From NCBI GenBank assembly GCA_020628085.1, contig JAHDFQ010000005.1, positions 2,327 through 66,326 on the forward strand: a stretch of 64,000 nt of DNA, written 5' to 3'. Below, one piece after another: positions 37,832 to 48,600 of the stretch. This DNA is from Saprospiraceae bacterium (GTDB lineage Bacteria; Bacteroidota; Bacteroidia; Chitinophagales; Saprospiraceae). How positions within the stretch are numbered: the stretch's first letter is position 1; each line of letters opens with the position of its first letter. Under the pieces are notes generated by a model. It did no database searches and was not told the DNA's origin. It saw nothing but the letters and a program-made list of their open reading frames with translations. A program made the position numbers and the translations under genes.

Positions 37832-39877
37832 CTAGCTTTGATTTAATTTTTTAACCATTGTTAAAATTGTAGCCAACGCTACCGTTTCGCCTGTTTCATC
37901 ATAAACATCAACCAAAAAGCGAACAATTCCCTTAGCAACATCCGTAGGTTCTCGCTTTTCTTGATCGGTTTTTTGCTTGACGGTAAATCGTACTCCAATG
38001 GTCATTCCAGGGTAAACGGGTTTCGTGAAACGACATTCATCAATTCCATAGTTTAATAAAACAGGGCCTTTTTTAGCATCTACAAACAAACCTGCTGCTT
38101 TTGCCAACACAAAATAGCCGTGCGCTACCCGACCTTCGAAGAGCGTTCCTTCCAAGGACGTTTCATCCATATGTGCATAAAAATTATCACCACTCACATT
38201 CGCAAAGTTGACAATATCTGCAACCGTCACGGTATGTTTTGCGGTAATCACCGTCTCTCCTATTTCTAACTCTTCAAAATGTTTTCGGAAAACGTGCACC
38301 TCCTTTTCTTTTTGTTCACCACCATATTGATATTGGTTAGTTAATGAAGTAATCATCGTTGGATGTCCTTGAATGGCTGTGCGCTGCATATAATGTTTAA
38401 CACCTCGAATACCACCCATTTCTTCTCCTCCGCCTGCTCGTCCTGGGCCTCCATGGGATAATAAGGGCATCGGTGAGCCATGCCCTGTACTTTCTTTGGC
38501 GCAAGCCTCGTTCAATACTAAAACTCGACCATGATAAGGTGCTGCACCCATGACATAGTTTTTAGCAATTTTTGCATCGTTGGTCACAATAGAACTTACG
38601 AGTGATCCTTTCCCCATATTGGCAATTTGAATCGCTTCGTTTAAATCTTTGTAAGGTAAAATGGTACTGACTGGTCCAAATGCTTCTATATTATGTGTAT
38701 CTTGATTTTTAAACGGATCGTCATTTCTCAATAAAATGGGTGATATGAACGCCCCTTTTTCTTTAGTAGAACCGTGTACTTCAAAATTATTAACATCTCC
38801 AAATACAATCTCTGAGTTTTTAGCCAATTGCTGAACTCGTTCTTTCACTACTTCTACTTGACCTTTAGATACCAATGCCCCCATTCGCACCCCTTCTGTT
38901 TGTGGATCACCAATATTTACTTTCGATAATTGTTTACCTAAAGCGATTTGTACATCTTCCACTAAGTTTTCGGGTACAATGATCCGTCGAATAGCGGTAC
39001 ATTTCTGACCTGCTTTAGTCGTCATTTCTCGGCGTACTTCTTTGACAAACAAATCAAATTCCGCTGTTCCTGGTACGGCGTCTTCTCCTAAAATGCAGGC
39101 ATTTAAACTATCCGCTTCCATCGTAAAGGCAGTACTATGTTCTACTATAGTTGGATAAGTTTTGAGTTTTTTGCCCGTTTCAGCAGAACCTGTAAACGCC
39201 ACTATGTCTTGTGATTGGACTGCATCCAAAATACCGATTCCTTTTCCACAAACTAATTGCAAAGCTCCTTTTGGTAAAATATCTGATTTGATAATGTCTC
39301 GAACCATTGCCTCAGTCAAATATGATGTTATTTCAGAAGGCTTAACAATAGCGGGAACACCAGCGAGTAAGCTCACTGATAGTTTTTCTAACATCCCCCA
39401 AATCGGAAAATTAAATGCATTGATATGAATAGCGACACCTGCTTTTGGCACCATAATATGATGTCCAATAAAAGTATTTTCCTTCGATAAATTGACCGTT
39501 TCACCATCTACGTAAAATGGCTCGTCGGGAAATTTTTTACGTAAACTTCCATAGGCAAATAAGGTTCCTATACCACCATCAATATCTACCCAACTATCGG
39601 CTTTGGTGGCTCCTGTTTGATAACTAATCGGATAATATTTCTTCTTAATATCACTTAGATATAACGCCAATGCTTTTACCATGCGTCCACGCTCTTGAAA
39701 AGTCATATTGCGTAAAGCAGGATTCCCCACCGTTCGAGCATAGTGCGCCATGTCTTTATAATCCAAACCTTCACTTCCGCAAGTAGATAATAAAGTACCG
39801 TGAATGGCATCGTATTGTGGAATGCCTTCTCCTTCATGCTCCATCCATTGACCTTGGATATAATTTGATAGTTTCAT
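37832..39877 (-). CDS. paaZ: Bifunctional aldehyde dehydrogenase / MaoC-type hydratase, PaaZ-like
   Basis: 681 aa, the same length class as E. coli PaaZ. The N-terminal ALDH fold has [10 protein letters not shown] and the catalytic-Cys region GQKCTAIRR. The C-terminal MaoC hot-dog has [11 protein letters not shown] and RVAHGY. Confidence 0.8.
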   Translation of the reverse strand: MKLSNYIQGQWMEHEGEGIPQYDAIHGTLLSTCGSEGLDYKDMAHYARTVGNPALRNMTFQERGRMVKALALYLSDIKKKYYPISYQTGATKADSWVDIDGGIGTLFAYGSLRKKFPDEPFYVDGETVNLSKENTFIGHHIMVPKAGVAIHINAFNFPIWGMLEKLSVSLLAGVPAIVKPSEITSYLTEAMVRDIIKSDILPKGALQLVCGKGIGILDAVQSQDIVAFTGSAETGKKLKTYPTIVEHSTAFTMEADSLNACILGEDAVPGTAEFDLFVKEVRREMTTKAGQKCTAIRRIIVPENLVEDVQIALGKQLSKVNIGDPQTEGVRMGALVSKGQVEVVKERVQQLAKNSEIVFGDVNNFEVHGSTKEKGAFISPILLRNDDPFKNQDTHNIEAFGPVSTILPYKDLNEAIQIANMGKGSLVSSIVTNDAKIAKNYVMGAAPYHGRVLVLNEACAKESTGHGSPMPLLSHGGPGRAGGGEEMGGIRGVKHYMQRTAIQGHPTMITSLTNQYQYGGEQKEKEVHVFRKHFEELEIGETVITAKHTVTVADIVNFANVSGDNFYAHMDETSLEGTLFEGRVAHGYFVLAKAAGLFVDAKKGPVLLNYGIDECRFTKPVYPGMTIGVRFTVKQKTDQEKREPTDVAKGIVRFLVDVYDETGETVALATILTMVKKLNQS

Positions 39878-40069
39878 ATTTGAATTTACTAGGAATTAGT
39901 TCTTTTAAAATACTTATTTTTATGCCCACTTGGTTCATTCACTTTCTTACTAGGAAATTCGATCTAAGTACGGCATTGCACATTTATCGTATGATTTGCA
40001 AAATCATTTATTTTATTTCGTACAACAAGCGTTGCAAAGTAAGGAATGATAGGAATATTTCCAAATGTG

Positions 40070-40813
40070 TTAATTTTTCAACAAAATCAAAACTGCTCCA
40101 ATCGCCGTCAGCATCAAAATCATTTTTCTAAATTGTTGTTCTTTGATGATTTTGATAAAACGAGTTCCTACATAAAAACCTAGAAAAAGTCCAGTGATGA
40201 GTTTTAAATTAATGGTAAGCGAAGTAAAGGTGATGGTTTTCCAAATGAAAATATGAAAAGGTAACTTGAAAAGATTGATGATACAAATAAGCCAAGAAGC
40301 CGTACCAATAAATTGATTTTTAGGTAGGCGCATGGCTAAGAAAAAGATATTAGAAAACACTCCTGCTAGATTACCAATCATAGTTGCAAAACCTGCTCCC
40401 AAGCCCATGATTCCTGCAAACCACCATTGATTAGGTACATTCTTTTTTGGACGACGATCCCACCAAAACATCATGATAACGGTAAGCAAAATAATTACCG
40501 CTATGACTTGCCTAAAAATCATTTCAGGCATATCTTTTCCTACTAAAACTCCAATCAAAACCCCCACAATCATCCATGGTAAAAGTCGAATTATATACGT
40601 CCATTGGGTGTGCCGATTGTAGTAGGTAACTGCTAACATGTCTCCTACGATCAACATCGGAACAAGTAGACCTGTAGATGCTTTTCCGCCAAACACAATG
40701 GCTAAAATAGTAACGATTAAAGTACTAATTCCTTTTACTCCAGACTTGGAAACACCTACCAAAAAGGCAGCAAAAAAAGCTAATCCCCACTGGTAAATAC
40801 TTAACTCATACAT
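40070..40813 (-). CDS. TauE/SafE family anion exporter
   Basis: 247 aa, 7-8 TM. GVSKSGVKGISTLIVTILAIVFGGK and a repeated half-structure are typical of the TauE/SafE (DUF81) family. Confidence 0.7.
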   Translation of the reverse strand: MYELSIYQWGLAFFAAFLVGVSKSGVKGISTLIVTILAIVFGGKASTGLLVPMLIVGDMLAVTYYNRHTQWTYIIRLLPWMIVGVLIGVLVGKDMPEMIFRQVIAVIILLTVIMMFWWDRRPKKNVPNQWWFAGIMGLGAGFATMIGNLAGVFSNIFFLAMRLPKNQFIGTASWLICIINLFKLPFHIFIWKTITFTSLTINLKLITGLFLGFYVGTRFIKIIKEQQFRKMILMLTAIGAVLILLKN

Positions 40814-40852
40814 CAGTTATTAGAGTTAGAATTGTGTTGATAATAAACTTAC

Positions 40853-42031
40853 CTAGAAGGCCTCTGCAATACCTAAATAAAAATTGCGATCAGAACTAGT
40901 GCCAAACCCGTGTGCGTAGTCTATTCTGATATTTAAATTTTCAGATTTAACAATTTTCAACCGCAGTCCTGTTCCGAGTGAATATTTTAAATTTGAAAAA
41001 CTCAAATTAGATAAATCGCTTGTTACATCTCCAATTCCTCCAAAAAAAGTAAAGCCAATGCGATCCAAAGCTTGCCAGCGGTATTCTACCTGTCCAAAAA
41101 CAGCATATTGATCTCTAAACCGACCTTCTCTGAATCCTCGCAGAAGCTCTGCACCTCCCAATTGTGAAAGCTCTAAAGCAGGTACATCACCCCAACTAAG
41201 TCGTGTGAACAATTGAAGAGCCAGTATATCATTGGGTCTTTTGGTAGAAGATGTCCAATATTTTCTAAAATCTAGCTGTGTTACCATGAATGTGTTAGAA
41301 CTTCCGATTGTTTTGTTATAAATGCTGTATGTAAATTCAGCAAACACCCCTTTACTTGCATTTAATACGTTGTCTCGGCTATCTAAATTAATACCAAAGA
41401 CAGCACCAGAAGCACTAGAAGCTAATGAGTCACGAGCTGTAATTTCTCCAGGAAAACTAGCCTCTTCTTCTAAAAATTTAACTCCACTGAAATTATTGAT
41501 TCGCCAACCACCTCCAACAAACAGATTTGGTCTAACATTTCTTAAAAATAAAGGCTCAAAAAGAAAATTATCAAACGATATATCTATTTGATCCGCATCT
41601 TGTGTCAAACTCCCTACACCAAAATAGCCAATTGGAAATTTTGAATACCCAATATTCCCTTTTAATAGAAAGGCCTCGTCTGGAAAAAATATAGTGTATT
41701 CTGAAGTAAGTATAAACTGATTTTTTAGCGTATATTGAACAGAGATTGGAATATTTGAGGTGCGTGTATTTGATCCTGCTCCAAGTGGTTTAAATAATAA
41801 TTTAACACCGACACCAAACCCCCAGCTTGTGTTAGGTTCATAAGAAGTGATAGGGGCTAAAACGATTTTATTATGTCGAAAAGTAGAATCTTGCCTTTCT
41901 TTACCAATGTCAAATTCAAAAATATTGGTAATCTGTTCTAAAATCTCTTGACCATACACAGATTGAGGTGAGATACCACAAAGTAAAACAGCAAGTATGA
42001 CAATTATTTTTAGATGTGTAGAATCAGACAA
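40853..42031 (-). CDS. Omp85/bacterial surface antigen (D15) family beta-barrel without POTRA domains
   Basis: GGAELLRGFREGRFRDQYA carries the Omp85 loop-6 (V/L)RGF motif. Beta-strand periodicity throughout, with a terminal ...GIAEAF. Only a TTG start is available. Confidence 0.7.
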   Translation of the reverse strand: MSDSTHLKIIVILAVLLCGISPQSVYGQEILEQITNIFEFDIGKERQDSTFRHNKIVLAPITSYEPNTSWGFGVGVKLLFKPLGAGSNTRTSNIPISVQYTLKNQFILTSEYTIFFPDEAFLLKGNIGYSKFPIGYFGVGSLTQDADQIDISFDNFLFEPLFLRNVRPNLFVGGGWRINNFSGVKFLEEEASFPGEITARDSLASSASGAVFGINLDSRDNVLNASKGVFAEFTYSIYNKTIGSSNTFMVTQLDFRKYWTSSTKRPNDILALQLFTRLSWGDVPALELSQLGGAELLRGFREGRFRDQYAVFGQVEYRWQALDRIGFTFFGGIGDVTSDLSNLSFSNLKYSLGTGLRLKIVKSENLNIRIDYAHGFGTSSDRNFYLGIAEAF

Positions 42032-42109
42032 ATGAATTATTGTTTATGAACATTTTGATGCTTTTCAAACGTATATTTTGTTCAATTGTTCTACTTACAT
42101 AAATTGTGA

Positions 42110-42137
42110 GTAGGAAGTATATAATTATACTTCCTAC
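42110..42137. promoter_or_regulatory. Perfect 28-bp palindrome in a 596-bp divergent intergenic region
   Basis: GTAGGAAGTATATAATTATACTTCCTAC reads the same on both strands. It lies about 80 nt upstream of the Omp85-like gene start. Confidence 0.4.
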
Positions 42138-42627
42138 TTCCTAAAACGGATAATCACCTATTTTGTAGTTACATTCAGTTTGCAGCCACTTTTTTATTTG
42201 TTAATTGTCGGTTATCTTATCTCATGGATAAAATTTAAAAATCTATACAGGCAATTTGTTTAGGTCACAAAAAATCGTAATCTATTTGTGTCGTTAACAC
42301 ATTGCAAAAATACATGATATATCCTTTCTACCAATACCTAAAATATGGTATTTTATTTCATTTTTCAGAACAAATATCTAATTCAACCTGTCCTATTAGT
42401 GTGTCGTAGGTCATGTGCATAGTTTTTTCTATATCACCACTATATTTTAACAGGTATTAAACTACATAAGTCACCGAATGAAATAAAAATTTTTGAACCA
42501 ATAAGTTACTCTATCATGTACATTAATTAAAAAATCCAATGTCCTAATTTTAATTTTCTTTTAAAAATTCCTATTTTTCCGAATAATTATCGTTTATCAC
42601 ACCTAATCATAAAATCAATATTGGAAT

Positions 42628-44454
42628 ATGGAGGTCACTAGACTATTTGATTTCATACACTATCAGAAAGAAAATCACCCTTTAGAAAAATCATTGGGCT
42701 ATAAACACAATGGAAAATGGAAATACTTCAGTACGGATGAAATCATTGACTATGGAAATAAAATCAGTCGTGGTTTACTAAAAATGGGTTTAAAACCTGG
42801 TGATAAAATTGCACTTTTAGCTTATAAAAATCGTCCCGAATGGGTAATGATGGATTTGGGTGCACAGCAAATTGGTGTCATCACTGTCCCCGTTTATCCA
42901 ACCATCAGCCCTAAAGAATATGTTTATATTTTTAATGATTCAGAGGTTAAATATGCTTTTGTTGGAGCAGATGATCTACACCATAAAGTCAGTACGGCTC
43001 AAAAAGATATTCCTTCTCTTATTGATATTTATACCTTCGATAAACAAGATGGTAAAAAGTATTGGGAAGACATGTTTGATGATGAAAGTAGCATGGAACC
43101 TGTTCAGGCACTAATGGATGCTGCCGACCCCGAGGCGATGGCAACCATCATTTACACTTCTGGTACAACTGGAAACCCTAAAGGTGTAATGCTTTCGCAC
43201 AGAAATATTGTGAGCAATGTGATGAATGTGAAAGAATTATTACCGATTGATAGCGGTAAATCTGCGTTGAGCTTTCTTCCGTTGTGTCATATTTTTGAAC
43301 GAACCGCCTCATACTCCTATGTCTACAATAGCATTAGTGTGACGTTCACAGGAACGGATAATTTAGGTGGAGACGATGGAGATTTAAGAACATTGAAACC
43401 ACACTTTTTCTCTACTGTACCTCGACTACTCGAAAAAGTATATGAAAAGATATACAATAAAGGACTCGAACTGACGGGTGCAAAAAAGAAACTATTCTTT
43501 TGGGCTTTAAGCCTAACTGAAGACTATGAATACGATAAAGAATATGGTGGATTTGATGGCATCAAACGCAGTATTGCCGATAAACTAATTTTTAGTAAAT
43601 GGCGAGAAGCTCTGGGTGGTAACGTGGAAGGAATATTAACGGGTGCAGCCGCTTGTCCTGTAAAAATGGCTAAAGTTTTCTCAGCCGCAGGTATTCCAAT
43701 TCGAGAAGGTTATGGTTTGACAGAAACTTCTCCAGGTTTGACCATAGGCCGATACGATAAAGGCGGTGCATTGTTAGGTACTGTTGGGCCTCCACTCCCA
43801 AATGTAGAAATTTTGATTGATCCAAGTGAAGGCGAATATAAGCCAGAAGAAGGTGAAATATTAGCACATGGGCCAAATGTTATGATGGGTTATTACAATA
43901 AACCTGATAAAACTGCGGAGGTCATTAAAATGATTGATGGTAAACGTTGGTTCAAAACAGGTGATGTAGGAAAAATGATCTCTGGCCCTGGTGGACGTAA
44001 ATTTCTGAAGATTACAGATCGTAAAAAAGAATTATTGAAAACATCGGGTGGCAAGTATGTTGCTCCAACTCCTATCGAAAATAAGTTTAAAGAAGATTTC
44101 TTGATTGAGCAAATGATGGTCGTTGGTGAAAAACAAAAATTTGTTTCCGCTTTGATTATTCCAGCAGAAGAAGCCCTCAAAGATTGGTGCGAATGTAATG
44201 AAGTCAATTGGACTAGCATGTCAGATGCAGTTAAAGAACCAAAAGTGTTGGCGCACTATCAATCTATCATTGACACATTCAATCCTGAATTTAGTCATAT
44301 TGAACAGATTAAGAAATTCAAATTACTAGATGCAGCTTGGGAACCCACCAAAGCAGATGGTACAGATGCAGAGTTGACACCAACGATGAAACTCAAACGT
44401 CGTGTAATTCGAGAAAAACACGCTAATGTCATCACCGAAATTTATGACGTATAA
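42628..44454 (+). CDS. Long-chain acyl-CoA ligase (AMP-forming)
   Basis: AMP-binding signature IIYTSGTTGNPKGVMLSH, plus EGYGLTETS, KTGDVG and the C-terminal TPTMKLKRR. 608 aa. Confidence 0.88.
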   Translation: MEVTRLFDFIHYQKENHPLEKSLGYKHNGKWKYFSTDEIIDYGNKISRGLLKMGLKPGDKIALLAYKNRPEWVMMDLGAQQIGVITVPVYPTISPKEYVYIFNDSEVKYAFVGADDLHHKVSTAQKDIPSLIDIYTFDKQDGKKYWEDMFDDESSMEPVQALMDAADPEAMATIIYTSGTTGNPKGVMLSHRNIVSNVMNVKELLPIDSGKSALSFLPLCHIFERTASYSYVYNSISVTFTGTDNLGGDDGDLRTLKPHFFSTVPRLLEKVYEKIYNKGLELTGAKKKLFFWALSLTEDYEYDKEYGGFDGIKRSIADKLIFSKWREALGGNVEGILTGAAACPVKMAKVFSAAGIPIREGYGLTETSPGLTIGRYDKGGALLGTVGPPLPNVEILIDPSEGEYKPEEGEILAHGPNVMMGYYNKPDKTAEVIKMIDGKRWFKTGDVGKMISGPGGRKFLKITDRKKELLKTSGGKYVAPTPIENKFKEDFLIEQMMVVGEKQKFVSALIIPAEEALKDWCECNEVNWTSMSDAVKEPKVLAHYQSIIDTFNPEFSHIEQIKKFKLLDAAWEPTKADGTDAELTPTMKLKRRVIREKHANVITEIYDV

Positions 44455-44482
44455 TCAATATCCAATTTAAAATCATAATCGA

Positions 44483-44516
44483 AAGGAGATGTTTCCAGAA
44501 AACATCTCCTTTTTTT
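44483..44516 (+). terminator. Rho-independent terminator
   Basis: GGAGATGTTT / AAACATCTCC stem followed by TTTTTTT. Confidence 0.8.
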
Positions 44517-44630
44517 GTCCTGTCACAGACTAAATCCATTCAGATTATATATAATTAACATTTCTTGGTAAGATTATTGTTAGAAATAATGTGACATCTT
44601 TTGTATTTCCCCTCAATACAAATTAGACGA

Positions 44631-45485
44631 ATGAGCAAACACAACTACCGCAAAGGAATCATGTATTTACTTTTTCTTTGCATAATGAATGGCATGGCTT
44701 GTCATAAAGTAGAAGACATGCCGAGCCTTAGAGAAATTACCAAATCGCAACGTACACTACTGGGTGAAAACATGCGTGACGTAATCGTAGCCGATACAGA
44801 ATATTTTAATATTGTACCCAAAACCGTAGATCGCTATCAAGCCACTTATCAATTTTTACAGCAATTGTACGATCAGGCGTATTTCTTTTTACGACACGAT
44901 GCATTTGCTTCTCAAATTGATAAATGGGATAAGAACAGAACATGGGAAGTATTCATTATCGAATCGAATCACAAGGATGCTTTTTGCTTACCTGGTGGCG
45001 ATTTTTTTATTACAACGGAATTCTTAAAAACGATTCAACAAGAATATGAACTGTTTTATGTTATGACTTTTGAAGCGGTCTTGATGAATGAACGACATCT
45101 TCTGAAACGACTGATTCCTTCCGCCTATAGTACTATTGGGTTGGTTGAAATTATAGAAAAAGGCGTCAATCATGCAGGTATTACTTTAGAAAAATTAACT
45201 GCTGATGTGCTAAAAAATAATACCTACAACATAGGCACGGTACGGGAAATAGATGAGATTACAAATATAATGATCTGTCAATCATCACTTTTTAATAGAC
45301 TAGCCATAATACCCATCCTAAACCGACTCAAAAATAACGATGTTTGGTTACAAAACCGACCATCCTACCATAACCGAACCGATTACATTATTAATGAAAT
45401 AGAGTTGACCAGTGCCGATTGTGGCACACGCAAATGGGCTGTCCAGCAATCCGATTACCAAGATTTCATCAGCCCTTTACCGTAA
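44631..45485 (+). CDS. Hypothetical lipoprotein, M48-peptidase-like but lacking HExxH
   Basis: Lipobox-like MNGMAC. AFCLPGGDFFITTEFLK resembles the M48 (a-LPGG-I-v-t-GLL) block, but the zinc motif position reads FEAVL. ATG 44631 is preferred to TTG 44601. Confidence 0.5.
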   Translation: MSKHNYRKGIMYLLFLCIMNGMACHKVEDMPSLREITKSQRTLLGENMRDVIVADTEYFNIVPKTVDRYQATYQFLQQLYDQAYFFLRHDAFASQIDKWDKNRTWEVFIIESNHKDAFCLPGGDFFITTEFLKTIQQEYELFYVMTFEAVLMNERHLLKRLIPSAYSTIGLVEIIEKGVNHAGITLEKLTADVLKNNTYNIGTVREIDEITNIMICQSSLFNRLAIIPILNRLKNNDVWLQNRPSYHNRTDYIINEIELTSADCGTRKWAVQQSDYQDFISPLP

Positions 45486-45691
45486 TTACAATAATACTGT
45501 TTGAAATCTAAGTACCAATTACTACCTACACTAAAGTGTTAGAATGAAAGTTACTGCTCTTTTGGTCTTTGTATCAAAAGAGCGGTTCTATTTTTGCAGA
45601 TACGAACATATTCCCCTGCTTTTGTCCTTAATAATTCGTAATTTTCGATTTCATTCAAAAAACAATTCATCATAACGTCAGATTTTAGTAG

Positions 45692-48600
45692 TTGAAGCAA
45701 TTTATTCCATATTTCATTCTCCAAGAGTATCAACAACAGCACAAAAACGGACAATTTGAGGCATTCACGATGTTTATTGATTTGTCTGGTTTCACACCAT
45801 TGACCGAGGCTTTCATGAAGCAAGGTATTGTTGGTGCAGAGCAGTTGTCTATCCGATTGAATGGAATTTTTGCACCATTGGTTAAGCTAGTTTATCAGCG
45901 TCACGGCTTTATTCCCTATTTCGCTGGCGATGCGTTTACCGCTATTTTTCCTTTGGAAACAACACCTGTTTCCGTGGATGATATTCTACAAACCGCTCTA
46001 GATGTTCAGGCGTTTTTTGAACGGGAAGGTACTTTTGACACAAAATTTGGTTCCTTTCAAATCGGAATTAAAATTGGAATTTCAGTTGGAACAGTAGAAT
46101 GGGGTATTGTTGGAGATCAACAACAATCGTTCTTTTTCCGAGGACCTGCGATCAATCAATCGGCTTTAGCGCAGACATTAGCACAAGAACAAGAAATTAT
46201 TTTTGATGCTGCTTTTTCTCTACAAGTACCCACGGCACTCATTACCTTTGATGCCATTTCAAAATCATCGTTTTTCAAATTAAAACATATCGATGCGCAA
46301 GCATTGAACAACACACCAATTGATAATTCTTTTGACAAGCAACTTAGTCTAGCGGAGCAAAAAGCATTGGCTCGCTTCATACCTCGTTCCGTCCTTCGGT
46401 TCAGTGAACTGGGAGAGTTTCGATCCGTCATTTCTATATTTATCGCTTTTAAAAATGTGCATACCTACGATTTACTCAATCAATTTTCGACGATTGTTTT
46501 AGAGCAAATTCATAATTTCTCAGGTTATTTTAAGGAAATTGATTTTGGCGATAAAGGTGGCGTAATGGTTGCCTTTATCGGTGCACCCGTTTCATTTGAA
46601 AATAATGTTGATCGTGCTTTGGAATTCACATTGGCTTTAGACGCCGAAACCAAACAACTTCAGAAAACATCTCAATTAGAATATAAAATAGGCATTACTG
46701 AAGGAACTGCCTTTACAGGTAATATTGGTGGTGTCGAACGGGTTCAATATGCCGTTGTAGGAACGCAAGTGAATCTTGCTGCTCGTCTAATGACCTACGC
46801 CGATTGGGGTGAAGTGTCCGTTGATATTGATATTCAAAAAGATAAGAATTTTAGATTCCGTCACAAGGGTGATATTCGATATAAAGGTATCGCACAAGAT
46901 ATTCCAACCTTTACGCTAGAAGGAAAAGCGACTGAAAATCAACAGATTTTTAATGGTATCATGGTCGGACGAACGGCTGAACTACAACAACTAGAAGATT
47001 TCATTGATCCTATTTGGAAAGATGAAAAGATGCGAATTGTCTATGTATATGGCGAAGCAGGAATAGGTAAAAGTCGCTTGATTTATGAATTGATGAAGCG
47101 TTTAGAAACGGAAGCTGTCGCTAAAAACCCACCCGAAAGACCATTATTGGTGAAGTGGGTGAGCTGTCAAGCCGATCAAATTTTACAAAAACCATTCAAT
47201 CCGTTTATTTATTTTCTCAAAAACTATTTTAATCAATCTACTCAGCTATCGAGCAAACAAAATTTGGTACAATTTGAAGATAAATTTCAAATGTTGATAG
47301 AGGAATTAGTTGCTCTTGATGATCCTGTAAAAAAAGAAAATGGACAACCTATTGTAGTAGAACTTCGTCGTACTAAATCTATTTTGGCTGCGCTGATAGG
47401 TTTAAATGTAGAAAATAGTCTTTGGAATCAGTTAGATGCCAAGGGGCGTTATCAAAATACCCTGTTGAGTTTATCCAATTTGTTTTTGGCAGAATCCAGT
47501 TTGCAACCACTTATCATTGAATTAGAAGATGCACATTGGTTTGACGAAAGTTCGAAGGCATTTTTAGATGAATTTATTAGAAATATTCGCCAACTTCCTG
47601 TGTTATTGTTGGTGACTTCTCGTTACTTGGACGATGGTTCAAAACCAACCTTGATCCAAAAAGATAAAATTACGCAATATGATATTCCTGTTTTGAAAAT
47701 GGATTTAAACATTCTCAAAACAGAAGCCTTACAAGCTTTTGCAGAAACCTATTTAGAAGGTTCTATTAGTCAAGAATTTTTAAAACTATTAAAGCGAACC
47801 ACCAACGGAAATCCGTTTTATTTGGAGCAAATTCTAGAATACTTTTCGGAAAGTAATTTACTCATTCAGAAAGACGAAGTTTGGCATATTAAAGACAAAA
47901 ACATTAAAATATCTAACTCAATCAATGCTATCTTGATGGCAAGAGTAGATCGCTTGTCGGCTTTGGTCAAAGAAACGGTGAAGGCAGCAGCGGTTATTGG
48001 GCGTGAATTTGAAGTGCCTGTTTTATCAGAAGTTTTAAAAACACAAGACGCTTTTATCCGTCGAAATGAAGATATTTCTACGGTACTCCACGAACAGATT
48101 CAGACCGCAGAACGAGGTCAAATTTGGCGGGCGATGAATGAATTACGCTATATTTTCAAGCATTCATTACTGCGAGAAACCGTCTATGATATGCAATTAC
48201 GGACTCGTTTGCGGCAACTACACAAACTCATTGGAGAAGCTATTGAACATGTGTATCCCGATCAAATTGAAAGTCGTTATGTTGATTTAGCTTTTCATTA
48301 TGAACAAGCGGAGGTTTGGGATAAAGCTAAAATTTACTTGGCAAAAGCAGCTGAATATGCGAAGCGCAATTTCCAAAACAAACAAGCCATTCGGTTTTAC
48401 GACAAGACTTTATCGCTCATTAATACTAAAACGGAACGGACAGAATACATCAAAATTTTACTCCGAAAAGGAAGTTTACTTGAATTGACAGGTGATTGGG
48501 AAAATTGTGAATTGACCTATACGCTTGCGCTCGAAAGTGCGATGTTTAGCAATGAAAAAGTTCTAGAGGCTCGTGTAAACAATAGTTTGGGTAAACTTCT

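Noticed and set aside
45551-45823. 90-aa minus-strand ORF overlapping the start of the cyclase gene.
   Set aside because: It overlaps the conserved N-terminus of the cyclase protein on the opposite strand, and no motif is recognisable.
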